From Caldilineae bacterium (GTDB lineage Bacteria > Chloroflexota > Anaerolineae > J102), in assembly GCA_011176555.1 (NCBI GenBank), contig DUEF01000001.1, forward strand, positions 8,652 to 42,060: DNA of 33,409 nt, in the 5' to 3' direction. Within the stretch, counting starts at the first letter, position 1. The number at the start of each line of letters is the position of its first letter. Positions 33,064-33,409 of this stretch are shown piece by piece. Made by a program: the position numbers and the translations under genes. Below the pieces are notes generated by a model. That model made no database searches. It saw only the letters and a program-made list of their open reading frames with translations, and was not told where the DNA came from.

Positions 33064-33219
33064 ATGCAATGGTGGGGTAAAGGAATTTCTATAACGTCTG
33101 TAGTAGGGTACAATCTCGACTGGTAAATCGAAGGTTGCGCAAAACGACCTCGCCTGCATCCTTATTCTGTGATAGAAGCGCTTTGGCGCGATTCTAAATC
33201 TCTTACGAATGACAAACCC

Positions 33220-33409
33220 ATGAAACGATTACTGCTTTTTATCCCCGCCGCCCTGCTCATCCTCGCTGGCTGTACATTGCCGATCAACCCTCCCCAAATC
33301 GTCACTCCCACCCAGGAGCAGGCGGAACGCGAAGCCACAGCGGCGCCGACCCCTGTCTCGGAACCGAGCGAGCCTGTCTCGGCCACCGAGCCTGAACCCC
33401 AAGCCACCC
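33220..33409 (+). CDS. lipoprotein, N-terminal part; 3' end outside window
   Basis: Not in the supplied ORF track because no stop is reached. ATG at 33220 gives MKRLLLFIPAALLILAGCTLP... (lipobox LAGC), followed by a low-complexity P/T/E/S-rich linker. Confidence 0.65.
   Translation, partial: MKRLLLFIPAALLILAGCTLPINPPQIVTPTQEQAEREATAAPTPVSEPSEPVSATEPEPQAT

Noticed and set aside
33162-33407. 81-aa minus-strand ORF at the window end
   Set aside because: It is antisense to a plus-strand frame with a clear lipoprotein signal peptide (MKRLLLFIPAALLILAGC). The minus translation is Gly/Ser/Ala-rich shadow sequence.

Overview
High-GC bacterial chromosomal segment of about 33.4 kb, densely coding and mostly housekeeping. 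No similarity search was possible, so every product call rests on motifs I recognise in the translations. Taxonomy cannot be fixed; the gene content fits a Chloroflexota-like or other Terrabacteria lineage.

Gene order:
- Plus strand, 2-4373: a split methylmalonyl-CoA mutase (partial large subunit, then a B12-binding subunit), MeaB and prs.
- 3258-5340: an A/T-richer islet of unknown genes.
- Minus strand, 5370-8509: glpX and a SulP-STAS-rhodanese transporter.
- Minus strand, 8574-19320: nine tightly packed genes (folC, lon, unknown membrane protein, AlbA_2-like protein, yqeY, 7TM-HD/PgpH, ybeY, dgkA, methyltransferase).
- Plus strand, 19527-25067: mazG-like gene, GT39, lipoprotein and two GT2 genes.
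- Minus strand, 25084-26232: LMW-PTP and long-form hpf.
- 26233-27158: about 0.9 kb of non-coding DNA.
- Plus strand, 27243-29623: aroH-type chorismate mutase, pheA and DAHP synthase.
- Minus strand, 29620-32508: moxR, DUF58 and a GNAT gene.
- Plus strand, 32785-33063: two CAU tRNAs behind a consensus promoter, then a partial lipoprotein gene running off the 3' end.

Most interesting observation: a textbook-looking ribosome-mediated attenuator upstream of the aromatic operon. It comprises a promoter, a 31-codon leader ORF with 7 Phe, 2 Tyr and 1 Trp codons, antiterminator-type complementarities, and an intrinsic terminator.

Other points worth a second look:
- an unexplained, hairpin-rich region of about 450 nt with no convincing ORF, next to the attenuator;
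- a dispersed family of ACG-anchored heptamer tandem arrays at four blocks in three loci, one at the 5' end of a lipoprotein gene;
- an 8-nt CCGG-phased tandem array between the two mutase cistrons;
- a recurring TGnTAGAAT-N7-ATG geometry that suggests leaderless mRNAs;
- a perfect 18-bp inverted repeat;
- a pair of codon-aligned antisense ORFs that cannot be resolved by eye.

No CRISPR array, transposase, integrase or rRNA was seen.
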